Source: Escherichia phage brachmannus
Sequence record: ON711395.1
Length of the DNA stretch: 51,540 nt
Reading direction: 5' to 3' (one strand)
Positions 19,901 through 27,614 of this stretch are shown one piece after another. Numbering within the stretch: the stretch's first letter is position 1; each line of letters opens with the position of its first letter. The translations under genes were made by a program, and so were the position numbers. The notes under the pieces were generated by a model that did no database searches, was not told the DNA's origin, and worked only from the letters and a program-made list of their open reading frames with translations.

Positions 19901-20560
19901 CAAGCCGTTCAGCAGCTTGACGCTAAGTTTTCGAAAGAGATTAATGACCTTAACGATGCAATCAAGGTTGATGTTGAGGCGAACATATCAGAAGTAAGAC
20001 AGGCTATCGCTAATGAGACAGAGGCAAGGGTTCAGGCTGACCAGGCTTTAACAGCCAAATTCGGAGACGTTGAATCAGCACTAGCCGAAAAACTTGATTC
20101 GTGGGCTAACGTTGATTCTGTTGGCGCTAAGTACGCTATGAAATTGGGCCTTACTTACAAGGGGCAGAAGTACAGCGCAGGAATGATCATGCAGTTGTCG
20201 CAATCTTCTCAAGGCCTGATCTCGCAAATCTTGTTCGATGCTAACAGGTTCGCGATCATGACTAGCTCTACTGGCGGTACGTTTACATTGCCGTTTGTAG
20301 TAGAAAATAACCAGGTGTTTATCAACAGTTTGTTGGTGAAAAACGGGTCCATTACTAACGCAATGATTGGTAACGTGATTCAGTCAAATAACTTTGTTCA
20401 GAATCAGCAAGGATGGAGGCTTGATAAAAATGGTAACTTTGAGAACTACGGAACGAGAGCGGGGGAAGGAGCTACAAAATTCACTAACGAAGGCTTAAAG
20501 GTGAAAGATGCAAATGGACGATTGAGGGTTGAGATAGGGAGAATAACCGGAAGTTGGTAA
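16982..20560 (+). CDS. central tail fibre / host specificity protein (lambda J-like)
   Basis: about 1190 aa; N-terminus GSKGGSKKPYVPKEMEDNL resembles lambda J N-terminus; alternative start ATG 16994; C-terminal coiled-coil repeats. Confidence 0.85.
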   Translation: MDKCMISGSKGGSKKPYVPKEMEDNLISINKIKVLLAVSDGECDPDFTLRDLYLDDVPVIASDGTVNYEGVTAEYRPGTQTQDYIQGFTDTSSEVTVSRDITADNPYIISVTNKNLSAIRIKILMPVGIKQEDNGDLVGVRVQYAVDMAVDGGSYSEVMRDVIDGKTRSGYDRSRRIDLPKFDERVLIRVKRLTPDSTSSKVTDKIKLQSYAEVVDAKFRYPLTGLVFVEFDSELFPTQIPNISIKKKWKIINVPSNYDPISREYHGSWDGTFKKAWSNNPAWVLYDLVTNQRYGLDQRELGIQIDKWSLYEAGVYCDQKVPDGKGGTEPRYLCDVVIQNQVEAYQLIRDICSIFRGMSFWNGESLSIVIDKPRDPSYVFTNENVINGDFQYTAASEKSMYTQCNVTFDDEQNMYQQDVEGVFDTEAALRFGYNPTSITAIGCTRRSEANRRGRWVLKTNLRSTTVNFATGLEGMIPSIGDVIAIADNFQSSNLTLNLSGRVMEVSGLQVFVPFKVDARPGDFIIINKPDGKPVKRTISKVSADGKTIELNIGFGFDVKPDTVFAIDRTDLALQQYVVTTISKGDDENEFTYSITAVEYDPNKYDEIDYGVNIDDRPTSIVQPDVMAAPENVKISSYSRVVQGVSVETMVVSWDKVPYASLYEMQWRKGDGNWLNTPQTANKEIEVEGIYSGNYQVRVRSVSASGNASPWSKIATATLTGKVGEPGAPINLTASDNEVFGIRVKWGMPEGSGDTAYIELHQSPDGTVENSSLLTLIPYPQYEYWHSTLPAGQVVWYRIRSVDRIGNVSGWTDFVRGMASDDVESVLGDILDKIFDTEAGQEIKENAIDSANKIKDQAQSIIQNALANDADVKWTRVQNGKRKAEYGHALELIATETEARVTQIEELKASIDEDIVSSIKTVQEAIANESETRATQVQQLDSKFTKEIDGVKRDTAASIGEVRQTITNESEARAQAVQQLDAKFSKEINDLNDAIKVDVEANISEVRQAIANETEARVQADQALTAKFGDVESALAEKLDSWANVDSVGAKYAMKLGLTYKGQKYSAGMIMQLSQSSQGLISQILFDANRFAIMTSSTGGTFTLPFVVENNQVFINSLLVKNGSITNAMIGNVIQSNNFVQNQQGWRLDKNGNFENYGTRAGEGATKFTNEGLKVKDANGRLRVEIGRITGSW
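19640..20060 (+). repeat. intragenic tandem repeats (three units of about 35 codons) in J-like gene
   Basis: protein repeats I(A/T)NE(S/T)E(A/T)R...VQQLD(S/A)KF(T/S)KEI. Confidence 0.6.
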
Positions 20561-20586
20561 AAAAGGGGGCATGGCCCCCTTTAATT
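20560..20586. terminator. bidirectional terminator between J and convergent minus-strand genes
   Basis: GGGGGC...GCCCCC stem flanked by A-run and T-rich tract. Confidence 0.65.
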
Positions 20587-21201
20587 TTAATCATAGTGCG
20601 ATGAATTTATAACCAAAACAGATGATGCCGTGTAAATACCAACAGGACCAGGAGTTTGCGCAACCTGCCTAGATAAAGAATATACCCCGTTGCCATACGC
20701 GGCAGCTTGAGACTCAAATATCATGAATCCACCTAAAGACGGATTGGGCACAGAGTTTAAAGCTGTTAGTGATGGCATGATGGCGCAAGGGTATCCCAAG
20801 TTAACGTCAAAAGCGATCCCGCTTACAGATACAAGTTTTGCATCCAAAGGCTTCATCTTTCCATGATAAACCATCTCACCATTAGCATTATAAAAAGCTA
20901 TTCCGTGACTACCAGGAGGAGTAACCATGTTGCTAAAAGCATAAACAAATACCTCGCCTTGATTGTCGGACTTTTCTATCTTTATTGCGTGCTTCCCACC
21001 ATTATTAAACTGAGTAAATGCTATGTATGATTTTGATGTTAACCTTACAAAAAAGAAGCACGGTCTATTTATTGGTATAGAAGTATTAAAAACGGTTCCT
21101 GTTCTTGCTGATATTTTCCCTTTATCTATAAGGTTAACAGGAGTGAAATCTGGACTTAACCACAATGAACCGTCCGGTTTTTTTATGCTCATCCCGTACA
21201 T
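20587..21201 (-). CDS. hypothetical protein (possible tail fibre-associated)
   Basis: ORF on minus strand; ATG at 21199-21201 with GGGGG RBS-like run (track start 21213 is TTG). Confidence 0.4.
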   Translation of the reverse strand: MYGMSIKKPDGSLWLSPDFTPVNLIDKGKISARTGTVFNTSIPINRPCFFFVRLTSKSYIAFTQFNNGGKHAIKIEKSDNQGEVFVYAFSNMVTPPGSHGIAFYNANGEMVYHGKMKPLDAKLVSVSGIAFDVNLGYPCAIMPSLTALNSVPNPSLGGFMIFESQAAAYGNGVYSLSRQVAQTPGPVGIYTASSVLVINSSHYD

Positions 21202-21203
21202 TA

Positions 21204-21482
21204 TTACCCCCAAAAAGTATATATATATCTTGAGTCAGATCCAGAAAGGCCACTCCATGTAACGGTATCACCACTTACACCCAACTTTGGAGCGCCTGGA
21301 TCGCCTCCTCGCCACGAATTAATTCCAACATATATTGCTTTCAAAGACTTACCTGGCGGCCTGTTTGAGTAGGTCTTACTGCCGGATGATTGGGTAAATT
21401 TATCCAAGAAAAAAACTGGAGTTAAAAGACCAGTAACATTTCTACCTTGCTCATCATATATTGCATACCCATATTCAGCCAT
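21204..21482 (-). CDS. hypothetical protein
   Basis: 92-aa ORF with GAGGTG RBS; ends in T5G5 homopolymer region abutting downstream ORF. Confidence 0.4.
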   Translation of the reverse strand: MAEYGYAIYDEQGRNVTGLLTPVFFLDKFTQSSGSKTYSNRPPGKSLKAIYVGINSWRGGDPGAPKLGVSGDTVTWSGLSGSDSRYIYTFWG

Positions 21483-21750
21483 TTTTGCACCTCAAATCAA
21501 TGAATTTTCTTTCATCTTGCCAACGGTTGATAAATTTAACTTCTTTATTGTCAACGCTCAACCTGTATTGCTTTTGGCTGAATCTGTTTTCGCGGACAGC
21601 ATTAATTTTAACTTCATGGAATCCGTTAACAGGGAATGTTTTAACGTTAAATTTTGCCGTGCAATCGATCTCCTTGAAGTTGCCAGTAGGCGAAGAAGAA
21701 CATCCGGTCAGAGCGGCTACGGTGGCGATAACTGCGATTAATTTTTTCAT
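21475..21750 (-). CDS. lipoprotein, candidate Cor/Llp-like superinfection exclusion protein
   Basis: signal peptide with lipobox LTGC; AAGGAG RBS; small size; located next to tail fibre genes with own promoter region. Confidence 0.45.
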   Translation of the reverse strand: MKKLIAVIATVAALTGCSSSPTGNFKEIDCTAKFNVKTFPVNGFHEVKINAVRENRFSQKQYRLSVDNKEVKFINRWQDERKFIDLRCKNG

Positions 21751-21806
21751 CTTCAATACTCCTTAGTTGTTGTTGGCTGTAACTATACACGATCCGACAA
21801 GCTGAG

Positions 21807-21823
21807 TTTAGCAAAAAGTGCTA
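21807..21823 (-). promoter_or_regulatory. conserved motif variant + TATAGT upstream of lipoprotein gene (minus strand)
   Basis: minus strand reads TAGCACTTTTTGCTAAAC, TATAGT 21 bp after TTGCTA. Confidence 0.55.
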
Positions 21824-22193
21824 CTTGTTATTTTTTGTTTTCCAGTGTTATCGAATTTAAGACGGCGCAAATTTGGCGCAAATTTTAACCAACACAAGAG
21901 CAATAAACAACCAATAAAATAGATATATGCATATAAAATCAATAGTTTATTTATTTATGTATGTATATTTGTTTTTTCTTGTTATCTGTGTTTCTTGTGG
22001 TTTTGGTTGTTTGTGGTGATTTTTCTTTCTGAGTATCTGCATGTGCCATCATTCATGTGTATGTATATAATCCGGCGTATCTGAGAGAACAAGGGAACAA
22101 GAAAAATAACACATGTTAATCATTAACTTACGTGTCAGATTTGTTTTCTTGCCATCTGAGAACGTTTAGAAAACAGAAAAAACAAAACAACTA

Positions 22194-22221
22194 TTGACTA
22201 AATCAACCAAATGGCTACAAT
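22194..22221 (+). promoter_or_regulatory. sigma70-like promoter TTGACT-16-TACAAT upstream of recombination module
   Basis: near-consensus hexamers about 30 nt upstream of GAGGAG RBS of 22252 gene. Confidence 0.6.
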
Positions 22222-22251
22222 GCACACACAAAGCAACGAGGAGCATTAAAG

Positions 22252-23307
22252 ATGAGTGATTTTAACGCCTATACTAGCGAAGAAATGAGCAATGAGCTTT
22301 ATCATGATCCTAGCGCGTGGACGGCTGAATACGTCAGCGGTTCCAGCCTGGCGGAGATTTACAGCACTTGCCCGGCGTACTGGAAGTACAAACCTCGCCA
22401 GGAAACCAAAGCACTTGTTTTCGGTACGCAGTCGCATACCAATTTTGAAAGCAAGGAGTTATTCGAAAAAACATATCGCCGCGCACCGTCGCAGGATGAC
22501 TTTAAAGATCTGATCACAAGCCAAACGGCGTTAGCTGCAAAGCTGAAATCTTTTGGCCTGAAAGGTACGACGGGTAAGCAGTATCCAGAATTGCTGGAAA
22601 TGCTGTACAAGTGCGGTGAGGATCTCAATGTATGGTGGCTTATCGAAATGATGGCAGAATGCCAGGCCGCAGCGGACGGCGTGCAGTTAATCGACGCGAA
22701 AGATTATGATGCCTGTGTAGCGATGCGGCGCGTACTTGAGGCAATACCTGAGCATAATGCTTGCATGAATAGCCCAACCGCGCAGCGTGAAATGTCAATA
22801 TTCGGGATCATCAATGGCGTAAAAGTTAAAGTGCGCCTTGATCACGTTGACGTAAACAAGGATGTAAAGGCCACAATCATTAACGGTTACGACGAAAAAG
22901 GCCGACCGATTTATGAAGAAGTCATATATCCAGAAGCTGTGATTATAACTGACTATAAAACAACGGTTAGCGCAAATCCGGTTGACTTCCAGCGCCTGGC
23001 TTACAATCACGGCTATTATCTCAAAATGGCTTTGCAACATGATTTATTCAAAAAGGCGTATCCAGACGAGGAAAGACCAGTAATTGTGAGATTGCTTGCT
23101 CAAGAGAAGAAAGATCCTTACTTGCCGCTCGCATTCCGCATGAACATTGAGCAATTGAAGATTGGGCGTATCCAGTACATGAGCGTGATCAATAAGTTCA
23201 ATGTTTGCCAGAAGTTAGATGAATGGCCTTCGTATGCAAACGGGCAGCCAGAAATTGATCTTGATACTCCTGATTGGGTGCGCGCTCAATTCAGGCAGTA
23301 TCTATAA
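22252..23307 (+). CDS. PD-(D/E)XK recombination exonuclease (RecE/RecB-nuclease-like)
   Basis: 351 aa; motifs VRLDHVD and IITDYKTT and QRLAYNHGYY match RecB-family nuclease motifs; first gene after strong promoter; upstream of erf and ssb. Confidence 0.6.
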   Translation: MSDFNAYTSEEMSNELYHDPSAWTAEYVSGSSLAEIYSTCPAYWKYKPRQETKALVFGTQSHTNFESKELFEKTYRRAPSQDDFKDLITSQTALAAKLKSFGLKGTTGKQYPELLEMLYKCGEDLNVWWLIEMMAECQAAADGVQLIDAKDYDACVAMRRVLEAIPEHNACMNSPTAQREMSIFGIINGVKVKVRLDHVDVNKDVKATIINGYDEKGRPIYEEVIYPEAVIITDYKTTVSANPVDFQRLAYNHGYYLKMALQHDLFKKAYPDEERPVIVRLLAQEKKDPYLPLAFRMNIEQLKIGRIQYMSVINKFNVCQKLDEWPSYANGQPEIDLDTPDWVRAQFRQYL

Positions 23308-23368
23308 CAAACTAAACAAATAGCTAAACTTTTATAATGGTTGGTGATATAATTCGCCAACCAGATAA

Positions 23369-24037
<669 letters not shown>

Positions 24038-24080
24038 TAAACGGGGCGCTTGCGCCCCTTTTGTCATAGGAGAAAACAAA

Positions 24081-24533
24081 ATGCACGTTATTACAGGTGA
24101 GATTCGAAAAGAGCCAAAAGTAAAGCAAATGCCTAACGGCAGCACGCTATATGTTATTGAGCTTTCCGAACGATATAAAGATCGTGAAGGAAATTGGCAG
24201 TATACAAACTATGTGTTTTTCTTTAACGCGAAAACAGACGTCCTGAATGGTTGGTATGCTGAGGCGTTCCAGGTAGGCAAGGTTATTTCTGTTTCCTGCG
24301 ATACCTTGCGAGTTGAAACGCGAGAATACAACGGAAAGATTTACAGCACCGTGCAGCCTGGCGGATTTGCAAACTTGCTATTTAGCCAGAGAGGTGAAAG
24401 CCAGCAACAATATCAGCAGCGAACGCAAGGAGGATGGGGGCAACCACAACAGCAACAGCAACAAAATACTCAACAGCAGCCGCAGCAAAGCAATCAGCCT
24501 CCGATTGACTTTGACGACGATATACCATTCTGA
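24081..24533 (+). CDS. ssb: single-stranded DNA-binding protein
   Basis: OB-fold-like N-terminus, Gln/Gly-rich linker, acidic C-terminal tail DFDDDIPF; ATG 24081 with GGAG RBS (track start 24030 alternative). Confidence 0.9.
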   Translation: MHVITGEIRKEPKVKQMPNGSTLYVIELSERYKDREGNWQYTNYVFFFNAKTDVLNGWYAEAFQVGKVISVSCDTLRVETREYNGKIYSTVQPGGFANLLFSQRGESQQQYQQRTQGGWGQPQQQQQQNTQQQPQQSNQPPIDFDDDIPF

Positions 24534-24545
24534 TAACAAAAAGCC

Positions 24546-24577
24546 CCGCATATGCGGGGCTTTTTTAGTCTAACGTG
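24546..24577. terminator. bidirectional terminator after ssb
   Basis: AAAAAGCCCCGCA-TAT-GCGGGGCTTTTTT. Confidence 0.75.
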
Positions 24578-25089
24578 GTTGGTTTGTTTACCAGTGCCTC
24601 TACAACCGCTTTTAGCTCGTCAATTTCTTTTCTCATCTCATCGTTTTCCGCTTTCAGTTTCTTAACGTGGTGAATCAGTGGAACAGTGAGGCGGTCATAC
24701 ATAACGCCTTCCGCCACCATGCCATTACTTGAAGCAATGGCAGGATCTTCTCCTTCTTGCAGCGGTCGCCAGTGAACGTACTCCGGCGCAATTTCTCCAA
24801 CCTCTTCCGCGATTAGCCCGTACCATCCCCAATCTTTACGGTCGCTTTCACAAGTTGACCGATACCAAACAGGACGCATTTCAAGCATCAGATCCGCATA
24901 TTCATCAATAACCGATTCTACGCTGCGCTTATAACGAGAAGAGGAAGTGGAGCGTAAAACTTGCGAAACTCCAGCATTTGGATCAAGCCATAAGTTTGCT
25001 GATTGAGCGGTTGTGTTAAGATTAAATAAATAAAATGCATCGTTACCAGTTAGGGGGTAAAAACTCCCACTATACCTTCCGCTATCCAA
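24565..25089 (-). CDS. tail fibre C-terminal intramolecular chaperone-like domain protein (peptidase S74-like)
   Basis: SSSRYKRSVESVIDEY and YGLIAEEVGEIAPE resemble S74 chaperone domain motifs; C-terminal coiled coil; only TTG start available, likely fused with upstream ORF. Confidence 0.45.
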   Translation of the reverse strand: MDSGRYSGSFYPLTGNDAFYLFNLNTTAQSANLWLDPNAGVSQVLRSTSSSRYKRSVESVIDEYADLMLEMRPVWYRSTCESDRKDWGWYGLIAEEVGEIAPEYVHWRPLQEGEDPAIASSNGMVAEGVMYDRLTVPLIHHVKKLKAENDEMRKEIDELKAVVEALVNKPTTLD

Positions 25090-25238
25090 CTCGGACGATA
25101 GATCATTTTGTTTAGATACAACTTCAACTTATTGTCAACATCAGTAGTTGATGCTTTTCCTGCAACATCCTGTTTTAGTGTTGAAACGTCATTTTTCAGC
25201 TTCGTTATATCACTAGGTATAACAGTGACTGTAGCCAT
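25050..25238 (-). CDS. small coiled-coil protein, probable N-terminal part of split fibre/chaperone gene
   Basis: 62-aa ORF ending in T5C5 run; downstream ORF continues in -1 frame. Confidence 0.35.
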   Translation of the reverse strand: MATVTVIPSDITKLKNDVSTLKQDVAGKASTTDVDNKLKLYLNKMIYRPSWIAEGIVGVFTP

Positions 25239-25250
25239 TTTCCTAACTCC

Positions 25251-25529
25251 TTAAGCCCATTCTCTAATAGGCCGATCTAACTCAACCACGTATCCATTAA
25301 AAATTACGGCATCAAACTTATCATCAATGATTCGCACATTAACGAAATAGCCGTCGTTCTTTCGCGCAATCTCCTCGCCATCGTCATATCGTGCAATTAC
25401 TGTATAAGTATTGCCGATTACATCGAGCAGGGTTGCATCCTGAATGGATTCGTTTTCGTTCCATTCAATTTCTTCCAGAAAGGCGGAAAACTCCGCCTTG
25501 TCTACAAATTTCAGTGTTAAATCACGCAT
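25251..25529 (-). CDS. hypothetical protein (tail fibre-associated)
   Basis: ATG overlapping stop of tail fibre gene. Confidence 0.4.
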   Translation of the reverse strand: MRDLTLKFVDKAEFSAFLEEIEWNENESIQDATLLDVIGNTYTVIARYDDGEEIARKNDGYFVNVRIIDDKFDAVIFNGYVVELDRPIREWA

Positions 25530-27508
25530 TATACAATTTCCCCCAATTGATGATCTGTTAGTGCCTTGTGCCATATACGGAAGTTTCTAACGTGACCGAA
25601 AAGATGGCGTTCGCCTGTACTTGTTTGTCCGCCAATCCTTATAGTAGCCGTTGATACTATATATCTCCATTCCGTTTTTGTTTCGCTTGATATTCTGGCA
25701 TTACTTACACAACAAGTATTGTAATCACTCTTTACTCTCATTCCTATGATCATCTTTTTTAGTTTTGCATTCTCGTAAACCCTTCTTTTTGATCCACCTA
25801 TATCGCAATAAGGGAATCCATCATTATCGCCATCGGCAGGCCCGAAAGCAAGAATAATTGCCGCACCAGATTGATGACCTCCAGTATCGAAAACACGAGG
25901 CGCAGCATTTGGCGTTATATACCAGTTCTTATGTACCTCACAAAGAACAGTAAAAGGAAGATTATAAAGGTTATTCTTGATTGGGATTGTCACCATATCG
26001 CTTGCCCGTGTTACTGGAGTCTCTTCTGTAATAATAAACGATGAAGCGCACACACCTCCTTCAACTTGAGGGGTAGCAATATAAATATAATCACCTGCAC
26101 CAGTTCCCCCTCCATCTTTTGCTGGTGCATACTGCACCATTGCACCGATCATATTTTCTGTATCAAGCGCTTTAATTGTTGCCTCAAAGAAAATCCATTT
26201 GCTTGCTTCATCTTTAACAGCCCTTGCAGTAATACGATTTGCAGCGCCGCCAGTTTTTTCAATTGATAAATCTGTCAGATTTACGTAAGCATCACCCAAA
26301 AATGCATAAGAAGATCCATCGTAGTTTTCAAATCGTAATCGGCATCTTAAATTTGGAGTCCCACTTTGCGCCCTGCATGATATGGTTACATACTTTTCAT
26401 TTCCTGTTACATCAAAACCTCTACTGCCGGAAACGGTTACTATGTTAATCGCTGAAGTTTGTCCTACCATTTCTGGTTTTAATGTAAATTTTGCGTACTG
26501 GAATCCGAAATCATCTACACCTGATCTATCTAAGATCATATTTGATGACTTGTTCCATTTTGAAGGATTGGTACTATTTATAAGAAGGTTTGTTCTTTGC
26601 CCCTCAATGAGCAGACCATCCTTTTCAAATCTAGGTTCATCAATAGCAGCATTAGTAAGCACCCCAGACTTATTAATGTAAGTAGCGGTTGATGCTCGTT
26701 TAAACTTAACTATCTTGTCACCTGGCATCGTGATCTCATCGTCACCTATAACAATCTTTTTGTATGACGGCGAGAATCCGGTAATCATATCCAGGGAGTC
26801 ATTAAATGGTATCCACACGTCCGGCAACGGTTGCAATAAGTCCTTGTAAGGTTCTGCCGCCTGCTTTGCGTATTCCTCCGCTTGATCTCGCGCACTTTCA
26901 GCTCCTGCCTTTGCAGTGTTCGCAGCGTCACGCGCGGATTCAGCGCCAGACTTTGCTGCTTCAGCGCCAGTCTTTGCAGTGTTTGCAGCGTCGCGCGCGG
27001 ATTCAGCGGCAGCCTTTGCAGTATCAGCACCTTTCTTGCTATTCGCTGCATTTGTTGCGCTTGTCTTCGCGTTATTCTCGCTGGTTTTAGCTGCCTGCTG
27101 GCTTGCTGCTGCTGCGTCAGCATTTGTCTTTACGTCTTCCTGGATCTTCTGTAGCTTATCCCAATCAAAATCCTTGATGATCTCAATAAATCCAGCAAAC
27201 TCCGATTCCTTCCCCTGGTAATAACGCAGCGTTTCCGCTACGTCTTGCGCAAGACCGTCAACCGTTAACGAGTCATGAAGCAAGATCAGGTAATTTGTCT
27301 TCTGGACTACCGCGCCGCCAGTAGTAATTGCGCGAATGCTTGTATCGCTAATCACTTCTGTAATCACAGCAGCTTGCAAAGGTTGAGCAAGAAAGAAAAT
27401 AGTTGCGCCTGGGCGAATCAATGTTAATTGCTCACGCCATTTTGTACCGTAACCAGTTACATAACCTTGCTCGTCCATAGACGCTTGGCCTTGTCTGTAA
27501 ATCGCCAT
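25529..27508 (-). CDS. tail fibre protein
   Basis: about 660 aa; Ala/Ser/Thr-rich tandem repeats typical of fibre shafts; C-terminal lectin-like region (NFRIWHKALTDHQLGEI); ATG 27506-27508 with AGGAGG RBS. Confidence 0.7.
   Translation of the reverse strand: MAIYRQGQASMDEQGYVTGYGTKWREQLTLIRPGATIFFLAQPLQAAVITEVISDTSIRAITTGGAVVQKTNYLILLHDSLTVDGLAQDVAETLRYYQGKESEFAGFIEIIKDFDWDKLQKIQEDVKTNADAAAASQQAAKTSENNAKTSATNAANSKKGADTAKAAAESARDAANTAKTGAEAAKSGAESARDAANTAKAGAESARDQAEEYAKQAAEPYKDLLQPLPDVWIPFNDSLDMITGFSPSYKKIVIGDDEITMPGDKIVKFKRASTATYINKSGVLTNAAIDEPRFEKDGLLIEGQRTNLLINSTNPSKWNKSSNMILDRSGVDDFGFQYAKFTLKPEMVGQTSAINIVTVSGSRGFDVTGNEKYVTISCRAQSGTPNLRCRLRFENYDGSSYAFLGDAYVNLTDLSIEKTGGAANRITARAVKDEASKWIFFEATIKALDTENMIGAMVQYAPAKDGGGTGAGDYIYIATPQVEGGVCASSFIITEETPVTRASDMVTIPIKNNLYNLPFTVLCEVHKNWYITPNAAPRVFDTGGHQSGAAIILAFGPADGDNDGFPYCDIGGSKRRVYENAKLKKMIIGMRVKSDYNTCCVSNARISSETKTEWRYIVSTATIRIGGQTSTGERHLFGHVRNFRIWHKALTDHQLGEIV
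26880..27120 (-). repeat. intragenic tandem repeats in tail fibre gene (Ala-rich shaft repeats)
   Basis: repeated DNA blocks CTTTGCAGTGTT(C/T)GCAGCGTC(A/G)CGCGCGGATTCAGCG; protein AESARDAANTAK repeats. Confidence 0.6.
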
Positions 27509-27526
27509 TTGTAAAATCCTCCTAAA

Positions 27527-27546
27527 TAGCACTTTTTGCTAATGAC
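27527..27546 (+). promoter_or_regulatory. conserved motif copy TAGCACTTTTTGCTAATGAC (antisense to adjacent tail fibre gene start)
   Basis: abuts RBS of tail fibre gene on opposite strand. Confidence 0.5.
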
Positions 27547-27572
27547 AATGCAGATAATAGCATTTTCAAGTG

Positions 27573-27599
27573 CAAAAAAAAACCCCGCATAAGCGGGGC
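27573..27599 (-). terminator. intrinsic terminator after primase (minus strand)
   Basis: CCCCGC-ATAA-GCGGGG with A9 upstream on plus strand (T-run on minus strand). Confidence 0.7.
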
Positions 27600-27614
27600 A
27601 ATACTAGCGGAGTT

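Larger units (their letters stand above)
21757..22251. promoter_or_regulatory. AT-rich divergent control region 1
   Basis: about 500 bp non-coding, TG/TA-rich tracts, repeated TATCTGAG-like words, shares blocks with region 2. Confidence 0.5.

Noticed and set aside
21757-22251. Possible CRISPR array or tandem iteron array in the AT-rich regions
   Set aside because: Repeated words are short, irregularly spaced and imperfect; there are no regular repeat-spacer units.
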